From: Chiloscyllium plagiosum
Taxonomy: Eukaryota
DNA: 64,000 nt
Direction of reading: 5' to 3'
Assembly: GCF_004010195.1 (NCBI RefSeq)
Contig: NC_057753.1
Span: forward strand, 5,313,435 to 5,377,434
Part shown: positions 63,170-64,000 of the stretch, piece after piece
Numbering within the stretch: position 1 is the first letter of the stretch
Layout: each line of letters starts with the position of its first letter
Position numbers and translations under genes: made by a program
The notes under the pieces: generated by a model
The model's database searches: none
What the model saw: the letters and a program-made list of their open reading frames with translations, nothing else
What the model was told of the DNA's origin: nothing

Positions 63170-63880
63170 ACCACTGCAGCCACCGGGCTCCAGCTCACGA
63201 TCAGTGATTGACAGCAGATTGGCACCAATAGGAAGAGCGCCTGGAGGACTAGGAGTCCTCCAACCAATCAGCTTGAAGGCTAGCGGCAGGACGCAGCTCC
63301 CACTGCGCATGTGTGCTGCCGCGCGCCGCCCTTCGGCGGCCGGTTGATGGGGCCTAAAAATCCGAGCGAAGCCCGTGTAGTAGCAGCAGCAACAGCTGTT
63401 GACGTCGCCGCATCTGAAAGTGGCACTGCCAGGTTTCGAGGTTAGAAAAAAAATGGTTCAGTAGATTCACGGAGCGTCAAGCACCCACCCACCTTGCCTT
63501 ACCTTTCTCGTTTCCTCAGGCGGGGTTTCCCCACTGTTTCCGACGGCGGCGCTGTCACTACTACGCATGCGCTGGAGCAAACGCAGTGATGCAGCGTTAT
63601 CAGCCAAAGACGGAGCACCGAGGTCTGCCCGCCCTCTCATTCACTCCCATTGGTTGGAGGACCAACCGCCGCCGCTCTGTACTCCAGCCCCACCGCTTTG
63701 TTCACTCCCATTGGTTAGAGGACCATCCGACGCAGCTCTGTCCTCCAGGCCCGCCCCCTCATTCATTCCCATTGGTTGGAGGACCAGCCTCACGCGCTCG
63801 GTCTTCCAGTCCCGCCCCCATATTCACACCCATTGGTTGGAGGACCCCAGCAATGCGTGTCTTTGTTGGCTACTTAGAAC
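63170..63880. promoter_or_regulatory. CpG island promoter with 61-bp CCAAT/GC-box array; probable exon 1 of the 58-60 kb ZNF copy
   Basis: CTGCGCATG 63303, CGCATGCGC 63565, minus-strand donor AG|GTAAG at 63503, ATTGG at 63649/63710/63771/63832. Confidence 0.65.
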
Positions 63881-64000
63881 AGTCCATCCCCCGTAGTTAC
63901 ACCGGCACCACTCCCCACCTCTTCCTCTGCCACATTGATGACTGCAGTGGCGCCACCTCGTGCAGGACCCCAGCAATGCGTGTCTTTGTTGGCTACTTAG

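Noticed and set aside
63625..63850. Repeat-spacer pattern resembling a CRISPR array (also 7215-7395)
   Set aside because: Vertebrate context, no cas genes, degenerate repeats made of CCAAT/GC boxes, and spacers related to each other.

Overview
Eukaryotic, repeat-dense vertebrate DNA. The HE1-type tRNA-derived SINEs and HER1/CR1 LINEs with matching 3' tails point to an elasmobranch (shark/ray); this is inference. There are four N gaps. The non-repeat backbone is a tandem cluster of C2H2 zinc-finger genes with no visible KRAB/SCAN/BTB domain: two intact single-coding-exon ORFs (15728-16597 -, 10 fingers; 48618-50075 +, 16 fingers plus 1 degenerate), three disrupted copies (about 27840-28913 +, 40670-42336 -, 58216-60282 -) and a decayed exon remnant. 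Four CpG-rich promoter/first-exon islands share parts of one architecture (NRF1-like motif, splice donor, paired YY1-like sites, and in two cases 56/61-bp CCAAT+GC-box arrays). The rest is nested CR1 LINEs, SINEs, Gypsy remnants, solo LTRs and Penelope-like elements (PLEs). Most notable: (i) short, TSD-flanked, often palindromic PLE-derived inserts carrying minimal hammerhead-ribozyme cores, one ending exactly at the predicted cleavage triplet; (ii) a recurring 3-finger cassette plus conserved promoter and post-stop motifs across the ZNF paralogues. Most repeat boundaries are approximate and were read by eye.
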